Position numbers and translations under genes: made by a program. Under the pieces are notes generated by a model. It was not told where the DNA came from. It was given only the letters and a program-made list of their open reading frames with translations, and did not search any database. Source: Eledone cirrhosa (Eukaryota). Taken from it: a DNA stretch of 64,000 nucleotides. Shown here piece by piece: positions 28,705-43,094 of this stretch. The stretch lies in assembly GCA_964016885.1 (NCBI GenBank), contig OZ024746.1, forward strand, positions 17,360,001 to 17,424,000, given 5' to 3'. Within the stretch, counting starts at the first letter, position 1. Each line of letters opens with the position of its first letter.

Positions 28705-29670
28705 CTGCAAAAAAAGAAAAGAAAACCAAATATGTAGTTTTATATATATAGATAAATATTCCAACGCTCTAACACTCCACCCACATCCTAACTCCTCACC
28801 CTCCCACTAGATCTACCTTTGTGGGGTGGGGTGTATATTGGGTTAAGAGGTGCCTACTCACTGTAGGTCTAAGTTTGTATGCAAGGGAAGGTGGGTCTTT
28901 TGTATAACTGCATAGTGCCAAAGATCTCAATCCAGTGACATTGTCTTAGAGAGGTGTAAGTGAGCAAGGTGTTTTTATCACCTCGTCCCAGGTTTTTCTT
29001 GGTCTACCCACTCCATAGCTTCCATCAATTTTGATCGCTCTGCACTTTTTTATACAGCTGTTGTCCTTCATACACATCATATGTTCATACCAATGCAATC
29101 TCCTCTCCAGAACACAAAAATTGATATCTCTTATGCTTAGTCTCTCTCTCAATTCATTTATGCTTTGCTGTTCACGTACATTACTATTACACATCCATAT
29201 ACGCATATATTTGACCTACCTCCCACTCCACCCACACAAAAAAGTAGTCTAAATATATATTTTTGGAAACAGAAAACACCAAAATATAGTCTAAGTGTAT
29301 ATATGTGTGTGTCTATGCATTTATATTTACCATTTGTTTATGTACTGTAAGTTAGCAGTGTGACAAATAGAGATTGATAAAATAAATAGCAGACTTTAAA
29401 GTACTAGGGTCAAAACGACAGGCTGAAATCCCTTGAAAATCATTGTTGCCCCAACATAGCCATTGTCTAATGACTGAAACCATTAAGAGAATAGTGCCCC
29501 AGCATAGCCAAAGTCTAATGACTGAAACCAGTAAAGGAATAGTGCCCCAGCATGGCCACAGTCTAATGACTGAAACCAATAAAAGGGTATATTTCAAACC
29601 CTCCCCTACACCAAAAACAAAATGTAGATTAGAAATATATTTAGAAGGATTAAAATAGGAGAATACTTAC

Positions 29671-29802
29671 AGCTGGAAGCTGGTTTGGTGTATTTCGTTC
29701 CAGCATAATTCGATCTTCGGTTGTCTTCCTGTACACAGGGTTATCAAAGTTCATATGCTTTGTTCGCTTCCTACGATATGCTTTGAATGACACATATGTA
29801 AC
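29671..29802 (-). CDS. Cytoplasmic tail exon with FDNPVY endocytosis motif
   Basis: VTYVSFKAYRRKRTKHMNFDNPVYRKTTEDRIMLERNTPNQLPA. Confidence 0.93.
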
Positions 29803-30163
29803 CTGCAAGAGAAATAGAGAACAGAATTATTTTGAAGTTAAATTGAATAAAATATTATTGTAAATTATATTGTATAATAGAAAATACTTTAGTGGAAAGT
29901 TGTATTCTTTTTATCTAAATGATTTATTCCAGACAAATATTCATCAATGAATTACAGATGAGTGATGGATTTTATGAAGAGATGGCTGGGTCACGTGCTG
30001 AAGAAGGATGAAAGTAACTGAGTGAGAAGAATAGAGCCAGTGATGGATGTTGTGAAGAGAAATGTTATAAGATAGTTGGAGAGGAGGTGTATATATATAT
30101 ATATACATACTACCTCTGCTTCTTATATACATCGACATATATATCTCTACTACTACATATATT

Positions 30164-30198
<35 letters not shown>

Positions 30199-30211
30199 AG
30201 TAGTAGTAGAG

Positions 30212-30248
<37 letters not shown>

Positions 30249-30906
30249 CACCCCCGTCCCACAACCCCCCCCCCCCCACCCCACCCTACCCCACCCCTTT
30301 CAATGTAAAGTTATGTTGGTACCACAACATCCAGTCCGAAATAAATGAGGTCGTGTAGGTGTCACGACAAAAAAAACACAGTCCACGCTGTAATGTGGCC
30401 GTGTAGGTAACACGGTAAAAACCTCCCAGTCCACACTGTAAACATGGTTGGTGTTAGGAAGGGCATCCAGCCGTAGAAAACCCGCCAGACAGTCCTATAC
30501 GAGCAAGACAACCAATTTTGCCTCAAGTGGGAAAATTCCCGTCCAAACCCATGCAAGCGTGGAAGATGGACGTTAAATGATGATGATGATATATATTCTC
30601 AGACCAGGTGATGTGTTGTTTCCTTGAGCAAGACACTTTATTTCACATTGCTCCAGTTTACTCAGCTGTAGAAATGAGATAATAGGGACTGGGGTCCCTA
30701 TCATTCCACTGCAAAGTGGTCATGAAGGTGCCATGGCAAAAGAGCACCCAGCCCCCACTGTAAACTGGATGTGTAGGCGCCACAGAAAAAAGCACCCAGC
30801 ACTCACTGTAAAATGAGGTTGGTGTTAGGAAGGGCATCCAGCTGTAGAAATCAAGCCAGAATCAGTTCCCGTCCCACCCTTGCAAGCAGGGAAAAGCGGA
30901 CGTAAA

Positions 30907-30956
<50 letters not shown>

Positions 30957-31052
30957 ATATATATATAAGAAGCAGAAGTGTATATATAAATATAAACATA
31001 TATAAGAAGCAAATGTATATATATAAGCAGCAGCAGAGATAATCCAACTTAC

Positions 31053-31270
31053 CACAGCTGCTGCAATCACTATTAAAATGACAACAGTTGCGACAATTCC
31101 TGCTATTTTTCCATTCTCTTTTGGTTTTTGAATAACAATAGGCGTTGTTTGGTTGAGATTATTCCCTATTGGTAGCTGGGTAACAAAGGAATCACTCTTA
31201 TTATCACTGTTTGTTGTTGGAGTGATTGTACTTGAGGTCTGGACAGAAGTAGGAGGACTAGCAGATTTAC
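31053..31270 (-). CDS. Ser/Thr stalk plus transmembrane exon
   Basis: KSASPPTSVQTSSTITP...KIAGIVATVVILIVIAAAV; GTAAGT donor. Confidence 0.88.
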
Positions 31271-31353
31271 CTAAAGACAAATAAAAATAAGCATTACCAG
31301 TAATGCACTGGGTAATTACTGGCCTTGTGCCAAAAGTAGAAACAATTATATAT

Positions 31354-32730
31354 ATGGGTGGATGTTGTTTACCTTGACTTTGCTAAGGCTTTTAATTCTG
31401 TGCCACACAAAAGACTTATGGCAAAACTCTCTGCAATGGGTGTGAGGGATGATCTTTTCGACTGGTTGAAATCCTTCATTCTCAGCCGAAAAGAAGTAGT
31501 CACGGTTCTAGGACAGCATTCTTCACCATATGAGATGTCATCTGGTGTACCACAGGGATCTGTTCTTGGTCCTCTTTTGTTTGTGGCATATATTAATGAC
31601 ATAGATGCCAACTTACAGAATGCCACGGTACTAAAATATGCAGATGACATCAAGCTGTACCTTGAAATCAAAAGGACTGATCCTGAAATTTACAACTCTT
31701 TCCTACAATCAGACCTGGACACAATGCAGCAATGGATCACAGACTGGCAACTGAAGCTGGCTGTGGACAAGTGTACCACCATGCATTTTGGAAGGAAAAA
31801 TCCAGCGTCCACATACTCCCTCCACAACACTGATATCAAAAAGTCCTCTTGTGAACGTGACCTGGGCATTACTGTCAGCAACGATTTGCGTTGGACAAGG
31901 CATGTCTCTAAGATTGTCAAAAAGGCCGAGGGTGTCTTGGCATCACTCAGCAAGACCTTTGTTAGCCGCTCTCCAGCCATCTATTTAAAACTGTATACAG
32001 CTATGGTGCGACCACACTTGGAATTCGCATCATCAGTCTGGAACCCCTATCTTGCTCAGAACATTGACCTCCTGGAAACTGTTCAGAGACGTGCAACCAA
32101 GCGCATACCCTCCATCAGACACCTACCATACTCTGAACGCCTTGCTTCCCTGGGCATGGATTCATTGAAGCTCCGACGTCTGGCAATGGACTTGGTGAAT
32201 ACCCACAAAGTTTTTAACCATCTCGCCAATTGCAACCCTGAGCGCCTCTTTGATCTCCATGTGTCTAACACACATGGACATGCCTACAAGATCAGAAAAC
32301 AGCACAGCTCCCATGACTTTCGTAGACATTTTTTCACGCTCAGAGTTGCTGAAGCATGGAACAAACTGCCTGCGTCAATTGTTAGCTACCGAGAAACTGC
32401 ATCCTTTAAGACACTCATGCTTCCCGAAATACGCCAAAACTACACCTGATGTACCCCTTCCATACACATGCACACATGTGTGTATCATGACTCGTGCACT
32501 GTTCATTTTACGGATGTTTGTGCATTGCCCTATGTACTGTACATGCACTTTTTTTGATGAGTTGTGGTGCACCTGGGCACTGTACACAATATTTCATTAT
32601 TGTTATTATTATTATATCATGACTCATACACTGTTCATTTTCCTGACATTTGTACATTATTCTATGTACTATACATGCACCTTTGATGAGTTGTAGTGCA
32701 CCTGAGCACTGTACACAATAATTTCATTAT
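31354..32730 (+). mobile_element. CR1-like LINE, 5'-truncated copy (RT + 3' UTR)
   Basis: 363-aa ORF differing at 7 residues from the 58931-60022 ORF. Confidence 0.93.
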
Positions 32731-32790
32731 ATATATATATACATTATGAAAATAAAACAAAGAAGCCTTCAATACATGAAAAGTCTTTAT

Positions 32791-32832
32791 TAGCCAACAA
32801 TGTTTTGTCCTATTAAGGACTCATCAGGGCTA
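32791..32832 (-). ncRNA. Decayed minimal hammerhead (G12A)
   Basis: TAGCC-CTGATGA-GTCC ttaata GGAC-AAAA-CATTG-TT-GGCTA with overlapping AATAAA. Confidence 0.65.
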
Positions 32833-33057
32833 TCAAAACCACAAGAAGCACTATCGGCCAATACAAGCCGAAAACTCCGAAGAATATGGAGTGTACATAC
32901 ACTAAAGTATTGGAAGATTATGGGTAAAAATATATAATAAAAATCACTAAGGAGGTGGATAACATTTTGAACCATATTACAAATATAGTTCAAAGCAAAA
33001 AAAACTAGAGCTAAACAAAGGTGGTTATATAAAGCGGGAATTATAGTACTATATAAT

Positions 33058-33290
33058 AATAATAATGAAATTATTGTGTACAGTGCTCAGGTGCACTACA
33101 ACTCATCAAAGGTGCATGTATAGTACATAGAATAATAAAGTGTCAGGAAAATGAACAGTGTATGAGTCATGATATAATAACAATAACAATAATGAACTAT
33201 TGTGTACAGTGCCCAGGTGCACCACAACTCATCAAAAAAGTGCATGTACAGTACATAGGGCAATGCACAAACATCAGTAAAATGAATTTG
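33058..33290 (-). mobile_element. CR1-like 3' UTR fragment (others near 13445-13545, 16965-17075, 55490-55630)
   Basis: Reverse complement of about 32500-32730. Confidence 0.85.
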
Positions 33291-33699
33291 TAATACAATA
33301 TAATATATTATATTATATTATACTCGTAACAATATTAAAATTAAAATTAAAATTAAAAGGCACAATATACATATGTATATATGTACGCACACGTACGCAC
33401 ATATACATATACATCAATACACATTTCCATCATTAACAGCACAAATTAAACCTTATTAAGAGTTTAAATATAAATAAGCATAATAGGAATAAAGATAAAA
33501 ATAATATGTATATCAATTTTTTCTTTAATCCAACAGAATGAATAATTTTATAATTATAAGAGGGTGTTAAAGTTTGCTTGAAGCATTGTGAAATATGTAA
33601 AATATGTAGTTTAGAAAGCCACAACAATGCAGATGGGAAATCTTGAGGTAGAAAGTGAGTAAGAAATAGGAGGAAGTGAAAATTGAGAGAAACGAAAAA

Positions 33700-35420
33700 G
33701 GAAAACAAAACAAAGGTAGAAGGGTTACTGTAGTGGAGATTTAATCCCAATATTTCGGGCTCACGCCCATCAACGGGGGAAAGTTCTAAAAGGGGGGGAA
33801 CAGGCTAAGCCGGAGAAAGTTGTATTGTCGTTAAAACATAGGAGTGCCGTTATGGGGAAAATTCAAACGAGGGAAAGAATGCGCGTGCGCGTGATAGGCT
33901 GTGGCAAAAGCTACTGACCAATTGGGTTAAATCAATAGGGTGCGCTAGCGTGTGAAAGCCGTAAAATATGTGTGTGTAAATATATATGTGTGTGTAACTG
34001 TGTGTGTATATGTGTATGTGTGTATGTATGTGAGTGTGTGTGTGTGAAAGATAGTGGGCCGTAGAAGCTGGAATTCAAAGGGTGTGAAAGGTGGTAGGTT
34101 GTATAAACATGTGTGCGTGTATAAATATAGATGTGTGTGTGTGTGTATGTGTATGGGTATACATATAAGTGCGTGTGTGTGAAAGATAATAGGCCGTAGG
34201 GGCTGTTACTGGTCACTATGGTTAAATTAGCCATGTCAGCTCATTTCTTTCAGCCCGGTTGTTAAGTGGGGGTCTGAGGTTCTTAATAACAAGTGCTTCC
34301 TTTATCCTTAAGGATCCGATGCTGCGTTCAGTCGCTAGGACTGTGACCAAGGGTCTGCCCTGTGGGTTTCCGCATTTAAGGATGTGTTTACGGAAGGAAG
34401 ATGCGTTGGTGTTGACATGTTCCTTGATACGAACATGTAGGGTCGGATGGTGCTACCTATGTAAAACTTGTTACATTTATCGCATTGAATCTTATATACG
34501 ACATAGGTGCGTAGGCAATCTTCCCCCCGTATCGGGCAGTTGCTGAGGGAACACGTCCCATCTGACTCGTCGGGTTTGTTGGAGAGGCATCTTCGGAGCG
34601 AAGGTCCTGTGTGGGCCAAATGTATGTTAAGTCCCTCCCTCCGTATGGCCCTGCGGATGGCGTTCGTGGTATATTCACTCAGGTGGGGGATTTTAAAGAA
34701 GCACCTGCTTTTATCTAAGTTTCTAGTGGGTGTCTGTCTATTGGGTCTGGGGTCTCTAATTCCGTTAATCAGTCGCTTGGGATATCCATTAGACTTGAGT
34801 AGATTACGGAATTGCGTGGTGTGGGTGAGACCACCCATCGGGTCGCTGCATCTATTAGTGATCCGTGTAAGTTCATTTAGGACATAGCCTCTCTTAGCGT
34901 TGTTGGGGAGGGCTGAGTTGTAATGCACAAATAAGTCCTTGCACGCTGCCTTGCGGTAGAAGGTGGTGTTTATGTCTCCTTCTTCCGAGATGTTGATACG
35001 GAAGTCGAGGAGGGCGAGCGACCCGTCTTCTTCAGGGTGTTCGATGGTGAAATCGACGTGATGGTCAGTGTCGTTAAAGATTTGGTGAATTTCATTCGCC
35101 ATCTCCCGGGAAGAAGTGAGTATCAGTATGTCATCAACGTATCTGGAGTAGAAGGCGACGGCGTTGGGTTGGCAGGTGTTGAGTGCCTTGCGTTCCAGGT
35201 GGTCCATGTACGAGATCGCAAGTATACCGGACAGACTAGATCCCATAGGTAGCCCAGAGATCTGTTTGTACGTGTGGCCGAGGAAATTGAAGAATGCATT
35301 ATCCACAACGAAGGAGAGGAGTTGGTGGATATCCGTGTGTGTGAGTCCGAAGCAGTGTAAGTTAGATGCTCGGACTCGTTCGGTCAACAGGTCGACGGCT
35401 GGGGATGCTGGTACGGAGGT
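33700..35420 (-). mobile_element. Penelope-like element, 5'-truncated (RT + GIY-YIG), frameshifted near 34440
   Basis: GLPMGSSLS, RYVDD, LLDF, VVYKIQCDKCNKFYIGST. Confidence 0.9.
33745..33780 (-). ncRNA. Degenerate hammerhead at the 3' end of the Penelope element
   Basis: TCCC-CCGTTGA-tGGGC gtga GCCC-GAAA-TA-TT-GGGA. Confidence 0.55.
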
Positions 35421-36213
35421 ATAATTTTATAATTGTTGCATTAAATATAACCAGTTTTGATTAATATAAAAATGTTATCAAATATTAGATGCTAAATATA
35501 GAATATTTTAAAACAATGTTTTTCATATGTTCTGTGATCAATCAGTAACAAGTGTTTTAACCCTTTAATGTTCAAACTGGCCAAAACCGGCCAGAATTCT
35601 CTACCTCTTTCTGTTGAAACTGGCTGTAACTGGTCGCTCAAACTGATATTGTTCTCAAAATAAATACTTTCAAAATCTCATAGATTCGATATTATGTGAG
35701 ATAATTATGTGAGGTAAAGCCTTTACCATGAAAATATAATAGTATATATAGAGTAACACTCCATACCCTTTGCAGACTCTATTTAACCCTTTTGTTATGA
35801 TATTTCTAATGAAAATTACTGCGTATAATTTTCAAATAATCAAGAATTTGAAAAGATTTAGCAGTATAACTAACTTCCACATTATTAAGCTGGTATTTGG
35901 AACATAGCTTAACAAAAGTTCTTAAATAAAATTATTATCAAAGGGTTTTAGATAAATATAAACACTTTAACCCTTTCATTACCATATTTGGACACTACCT
36001 GTGGTTTTTAAATAGTTTTGAAAGTAATCAAGAATTTGGAGAGGTTTAGTAATATATCTAACTTTCTCATTATTAGGCTGGTGTTCGGAACAAAGGTTCT
36101 TATAGAAAATTATCATGGAAGGTTTTCAGATAAATATAAACATTTTAAAACAAAGTATTGTATCATAGAAGTAGGGTCAGTTTTGGATAGTTTGGTTAAG
36201 GTAGACATGTTAC

Positions 36214-36291
36214 CTGCAGGTGGCAATAACCCTGGTGGTTTTGATGTTGTACTTGACGCCTGGGTAGCAGCTTCAGTCTTATCAATAGGAT
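36214..36291 (-). CDS. O-linked sugar domain exon 2
   Basis: PIDKTEAATQASSTTSKPPGLLPPA; 78 nt phase 1-1; AG/GTAACA. Confidence 0.7.
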
Positions 36292-37442
36292 CTATAAAAA
36301 AGAGTAAAAAAAAAAATTTTTATTTCATTTTAATTATATATTATTATAAATTAAAGACAATAAAAACGTTCAATTCTAAATATATAATAATAATAACAAA
36401 AATATAAATAACATGCAAATTATTTGAAACAAATAACGAAATTAACTAAAACAGAAATTAAAACAAAATAGAATACAACAGTGAATACATTACATAAAAA
36501 ACATGCAATTTAATATTCTAATAATTAACAGTTATTTTTAACAACTCTTTTAGTTGTCGCCCTATAGTTAAAAATATAAAATAATGTCTGTCTGAAGCCG
36601 AGAGGTTGATCAAGCCAGAGTTTATCCTGGTTTTACTGGTGCTCAACAACTGAGAGTACAAGATTTCCCTTGAATGGGATTCGAGTCCATTGTAGAGTCA
36701 AACCCCTAGCTTATGTAGCTAGTTGTTATATATCAGGTTGCAACATTTCCTAGTTTCATTTGGTGTGAAGAGTGCTACAAGTTATAGCCCTATTTAAATT
36801 TCATATTTTATTTTATTTTATTTTAATTGTTTAAAAACTTTGTTTTTATTTTTATATTCCCTCTCTGTATATCTTGTTTTTTGTTTCTCAACTGTGAGAA
36901 GTACTAGATACTTTCCCTAGTCTGTCATGGCTTACTAGCTTTATACGGACGTTTAAATTGATTAACTATATCCGGCTACATCATATCCTAGTTTAATTGG
37001 TGTGAAGTGGTAGACTATACATGATGTCTGTCCATTGCAAAGTTAATTTGGAAATGTGAAAGAAATATGAATTATTGCAGTATCTCTTCAAACGTCGGGA
37101 TTGGGAGATAAATTTGGAAAGAAAAAAGTGATTTAAAAAAAAAAAAAAAAAAATACAGTAATTAATCTATTAATTTTAATGATTGTCTAAGAGAGTGCGA
37201 GACAATTAACAATCATCATATCAAAATGACAACTTCATCACCAGCATCATCAACGTACTCATTAACATATTTTGCATGGCTAGTACAGTTATAATAAAGC
37301 AATACCTGTCACAATAACAATTATATATATATATATACAGGTGTTGTGATATGTATCAAGAGGAATATATTGTAACATAGGGAGAGAGGGAGAGGGGAGA
37401 GAAAGAGAGAGAGGGGGAGAGAGAGGGAGAGAGAGAGGGAGG

Positions 37443-37501
<59 letters not shown>

Positions 37502-39004
37502 GCACACAAACAAACATACATGATGAAAGTATGTAAATTAGAAAACAACTAAAAGCTGAGCATTATCATAAATTTCATGTCAACTTTTCCATGCTGGCAT
37601 GGGTTGCACAGGAGTTTTTGAGGCAATGTTTACAGCCGGATGCCCTTCTTGACACCAACTCTTTTAGTCACTACTTATGACACGCAATGATACTGTGTAT
37701 CAACACACACACATATATATACACACACACACACACATCATCATTTTTACGTTGACTTGTCTATGTTGGTATGGATTAGACAGGAATTTTTGAGGCAATG
37801 TTTTACAGCCAGATGCCCTTCCTGACACCAACCCTTTTAGTCACTTCTTGACATGCAGGGACACATAGTTAAGTAGAGTGGGTTAAATTAAAGGTTAAAT
37901 GTTATTTAGAAGAAACCCAATATTGACTTCTAGAACAACCAGTTGATCTTTTTCATACCTACTCACTGAAGACTGCCTTGAATTCTATATAACACCCCCC
38001 CCCTTTTTTAACGTTTTAAAATGTTCCTATTTAACCCTTCCATTGTTATATTTCTAATAAAAGACATATAATAATCATATTTCTAATGAATGACGCTACC
38101 TATAGTTTTCAAATAATTTTGAATAATCAAGAATTTGGAGGGATTTAGTAATATAAGTAATTTTTTCATTATTAAGCTGCTGTTTGGAGCATAACTTAAG
38201 AAGGGTTTTAGAAAAATATAAACGCTTTCAAATAAACAGTTTAGTTTTCTAAAAACAAGAACAGTCTGTAGCAGATTGGTTGAAATAAAGGAAATGAGAT
38301 CAGATGTTACATATTATTACAGTAATTGGATGAGATCATGGGGGCGGGGTGGGAGCGGGGCAACTTCTCTCAGTCACTTTTGTATAAAACTATATTTGTC
38401 CTATGATCTCCCACCAAATGGAATATTTTAATAAAAGCCCATTGTATCATCATCATCATCACCACCACCACCACCACCACCACCACCACCATCATCACCA
38501 TCACCACCATCAACATTATCATCATTCTTTTTACGTCCACCTCTCCATGCTTGCATGGGTTGGATGGATCTTTTCCACCACAGCTGGTTCAACAAAAATA
38601 TATTGTTAAATACCAAACTTAGGTAAAAGTAAGTATTGTAGGTCAATATAATTAACTAAACTTCTTTAAAGTTGTGCCCCAGTGTGGCCACAGTCCAATG
38701 ACTGACTAAAACCAGTATAACAGTGCCCCAGTATGGCCACAGTCCAATGACTGAAACCACTTTAATAGAAAAAAAATAAACAAAAGAAAAACAAAAACAG
38801 AAAGAAAAGAATATCTACTATGACGACAACAACATCAACATTAACTCTTAACATCCTGTACCATATGACACCGCATCAGCAAGACATTCTTATAACACAG
38901 ATAATTAAATTCTTAACGTTCGCTACAATGTGACACCTCATTAACAAGATATAGTTGGAAAATATAAAATAGCACTATCATTGCATCACATTAAAATATT
39001 AAAG

Positions 39005-39720
39005 TCTGTAATCTAATACTACAAATTTTTCACAATGATCTGTCCAGTAGTAAAGACACTATAAACATTTGAATTAACAAACCGGTTTTTAAATATTTCT
39101 AGTAAATCATTACAGCATGTTTAAAAGTTAGTTAATAAGCCTGCATATGCTACATTTAGAAAAAAAATGACTGCATCACATTAAAAATTAGTCTTTACTC
39201 TATTAGGGAGAATTTTCATGACAATCTGCCTACCAATAAAGATACTATAAATATTAACAACACTAATACTACAAATTTTCACAACAATCTGTCCAGTAGT
39301 AAAGATACTATAAACATTTGAATTAACAAATACATTTTTTTTTAGATAAAAGTGTTTAATCTAATGTTACAAATGTTCACAACAATCTGTTCAGTAGCAA
39401 AGACACTATAAACATTTGAATTAACAAACTCGTCTTAAGATATTTTTGCCTAAATCATTACAGCATTAATTAAAAACCTTGTTTGTATTCGCTCCACATT
39501 GAATATTAAAATCTTTAATACTACAAAATTTAACAACAATGTATCCAGTAGTAAAGATACTATAAACATCTGAATTAACAAATATAATTTTAGATAAGAG
39601 AATCTTTGGGCTAATGCTACAAATTTTCACAAAGATCTGTCCAGTAGTAAAGATACCATAAACATTTGAATTAATAAAACCATTTGTTAGATATTTTCTG
39701 CTGAATCATTACAGGATGTT
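39005..39720. repeat. Degenerate tandem repeat (related copies near 40430 and 50330)
   Basis: Recurring taatactacaaattttcacaacaatctgtccagtagtaaagatactataaacatttgaattaacaaa. Confidence 0.75.
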
Positions 39721-39758
39721 ATGAGATAATGAAGAAAGTAGGAAAATAAAAGGCTCAC

Positions 39759-39881
39759 CATCAGAGAAAGGAGTAGAGATGTTAGTAACAGCATTAGCAG
39801 TTGGTTGTAGAAAGGTATTATTTTCTTTAGTAGGATGGTGAGTGGTAGTAGTAGTAGAAGTGGTAGTAGGAGGAGGAGCAA

Positions 39882-39917
<36 letters not shown>

Positions 39918-39998
39918 CAGGAGAAGTAGAGGTAGAGGAAGAAGGTGTAACAGAGGCATTAGATTTAGTCTCTACTGCTGAACTTTTACCATTAGTAT
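39759..39998 (-). CDS. O-linked sugar (Ser/Thr-rich) domain exon 1
   Basis: ttacag acceptor, GTGAGC donor, 240 nt phase 1-1, open: TNGKSSAVETKSNASVTPSSSTSTSPATTTT...ISTPFSD. Confidence 0.75.
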
Positions 39999-42475
39999 CT
40001 GTAAAGCATTAAAATATAAAATCAATAATATATATATTATACACACACACACACACACACACACATATATTATATATATATATATATATATACACACACC
40101 ATTGCCACCATACAATATATCAACACGCTGCCACTGCCACGACCACCACAATATATACATATATAATACAAATTACTGGGCACATTCCTCTTTAAGCCTC
40201 ATAACAATAAAAAGTCATATTTTTGTCAACATGGTAAAATATACTGAAAACATTTTTTAAAGAGAACGTTATTGTCAAAACAGGTGGATTAGCTCTTAGT
40301 ATCCTGTACCACTTTAAACCACAGTAACTCCTAACATCCTGTACCACATGAAACCGCATGAGCAAGACATTTTTGAAAGTACAAAATAGCACTATGATTG
40401 CATCTCATTAAAAATTAAAGTCTTTACTTAAATACTACAATTTTCCACATTGATTTGAGCACTAATAAAGATACTATAAATATTTTAATTAGACCCGTTT
40501 TTAGATACTTTCTGCTATACCATTGCAGAATGTTAAGAGTTTTAGATGTGTATATTTTCTGTTAAACCATTACAGGATGTAAAGAGTTAAGATGCATATA
40601 TTAAATATAAATATATAAATTAGAATATATATAAATTCTAATTCATAAATTTATATAAGCATACAGTTTTAGTAAAATAAAACTCAACTTTAGCATGTGT
40701 AGACCAAAATGTTAACACCAATGTGTATGATGTATATATATATATATGTATATATATCAGGATTTTACCAGTTTTAAACAAGTAAGACCCTTATTCAACA
40801 GAGTACTCGACACTTGGGATAGTAGGGTGATTATATTAGAAAGAGTTCGGGCCCAACAGCAAACCTCTTGCCATTCTGATAGCTAATTCCAGAGTCAGGA
40901 ATTAGCTGTCAAAACGGCAAGAGCTTAGTCATTGGGCCCCAACTCTTTCTAATATATGTATGTATGTGAGTATATATATATATATATCATCATCACCGTT
41001 TTACGTCCGTTCTTCCACGCTAGCATGGGTTAGACGGGTTGTCCTGTTGTGGGCAGTGTCTGGTCGGCTGACCATGCCTTGCTCATACAGGAACTGATCT
41101 GGCTTGATTTCTACAGCTGGATGCCCTTCCTAACACCAACCTCATTTACAGTGAGTGCTGGGTGCTTTTTCGTGGCGCCTACACGTCCACTTTACAGTGT
41201 GGGCTGGGTGCTTTTTTGCCGTGGCACCTCCACGACCACCTTGCGGTGGGGGGGACTCAAGTTCGGATCTAGCAGTCGAAACGGCTGGAGCTCAGCTGTC
41301 GGGGTCCTGAATCTTTTCATATATATATACTTGGGTGTATCACAGGTTTTAGAATAGGTGCACTATATCCCTATCTATCATAAAAGGGTTGGCATCAGGG
41401 AGGGCATCGAGCTGTAAAGCATTGTCTCAAAATATTCTGTCCAACCCATACCACCATGAAAAAAAAGGACATAAAAATGATGATGATATTATATCTAATT
41501 GAAGGCAGATTTTGACAGAATTTTGGTTCAAAAATAAAAGGGAATCTTAAAGACCTAAAAAATGAAGTAAGCAAATGTGATCTTAAGATATTTGGTATGA
41601 GATGTTGGGAAAACAGAGAAAGGTGAGGTGGACACCACCATCACCACCACAACAACAACAACAATGGCAACAAGAATAGCAATAAAATAATAGTGCAATA
41701 ACAATAACAACAAGAGTGTTTGAAACAAGAAAAATATAAAGCTAAAATGAAAGAAGACAGGGGAGATAATCTGGACTTATAAGTTTCTTGGAATAAACTA
41801 AATAATAGATCTAAATAAAGGACAAACACAAACGCACATGACTCGATAAAAGCAAAGTTTAATGTTTAGCTTCATATTGTGCGTGCTCTCTCTCTCTCTC
41901 TCTCAACCCCAGAACTGAAGCTAATCAATTAATTACAGGCATAGCTGTGTCACTAAGAAATTTACTTGAGAACCACATGGTTTGGGGTTAATCTCACTGT
42001 GTGGCACCTTGGACAAGTGTCCACTACTGTAGCATATATATATGTGTGTGTGTGTCTATGTATACAAGTCACGTCCCATCTAGACTGTAACGAACCTGTG
42101 GTGACAGTTGTTTATGTCCATCATAATTATATATCCAACAGTGTTATGGTGCAATAAACATATATATATATAGTTGGTTTTAATGTTTTATGTTTGGCGA
42201 GAGAATAGAGTCGGGGAGGATGACTGAGAAATTGGAAGAGTGAGAGAGAGAAAATTTGAGTAAGTGGGAGAGACTAAGTAAGAGACAGTGAGAGTGAGAG
42301 AGAGAGGGTGAAACTACTTTCAGTGTTCACTGAACAAAACATGTTTGAATAGTTTTTAGAAAATAATAAATAGATAAAATAAAAAAGTTGAAATGGTAAA
42401 AATTGAAAAGAAGCTATTTCAGAATGATTATATCTTTAGATAAAAATAAAATTTAAAAAGAAATAATCTTTCTTT

Positions 42476-43027
42476 ATCCCTTTTGTTACCACATTACTAA
42501 TGAAACACATTGCCTATGATTTTCAAATAATTTTGAAAATAAACAAGAATTTGGAGGGATTTAGTAATATAATTGATTTTATTATTATGAAGCTGGTGGA
42601 TTGGTTGTATCAGTAGAGGGTCGGACGCCATGCTTTGCAGCAAAGAGTTACGGCTCTTTATGGTCTGAGTTCAAATCCCACCGAGGTTAACTTTGCCTGT
42701 CATCCTTACAGAGTCGATAAAATAAAGTACCAGTAACGTACTGGGTATTTGCTGGCCTTGTGCCAAAAGTAAAAACAATTATTATTAAGCTGGTGTTTGA
42801 ACATAACATAAAATTATGATGGAAGATTTCTAGATAAATATAAACATTCTAAATAAACAATTTTGAATCATAGAACCAATGACGGTTTAGAACATAACTT
42901 AACAAAGGTTCTTACATAAAATTTTGATGGAAGGTTTTTAGATAAATATAAACCATTTCAAATAAACAGTTTCATATCATAGAACTAGAAATAGGTGGTT
43001 TCAGGCAGTTTGGTATCAAAAGGGTTA
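42476..43027 (+). mobile_element. piggyBac-like AT-rich MITE interrupted by a SINE; family copies near 1-285, 2900-3340, 22915-23310, 35783-36200, 38030-38290, 44720-45370
   Basis: (TTAA)CCCTTT...GGTATCAAAAGGGTTA termini and a shared internal ggaacataacttaacaaaggttcttacataaaattatgatg. Confidence 0.65.
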
Positions 43028-43094
43028 CTCAAGTGTTGTCTTGAAATAAATTTTATATGTGAAATATATGGAGGAAAATGTCCACTCTACTTAC

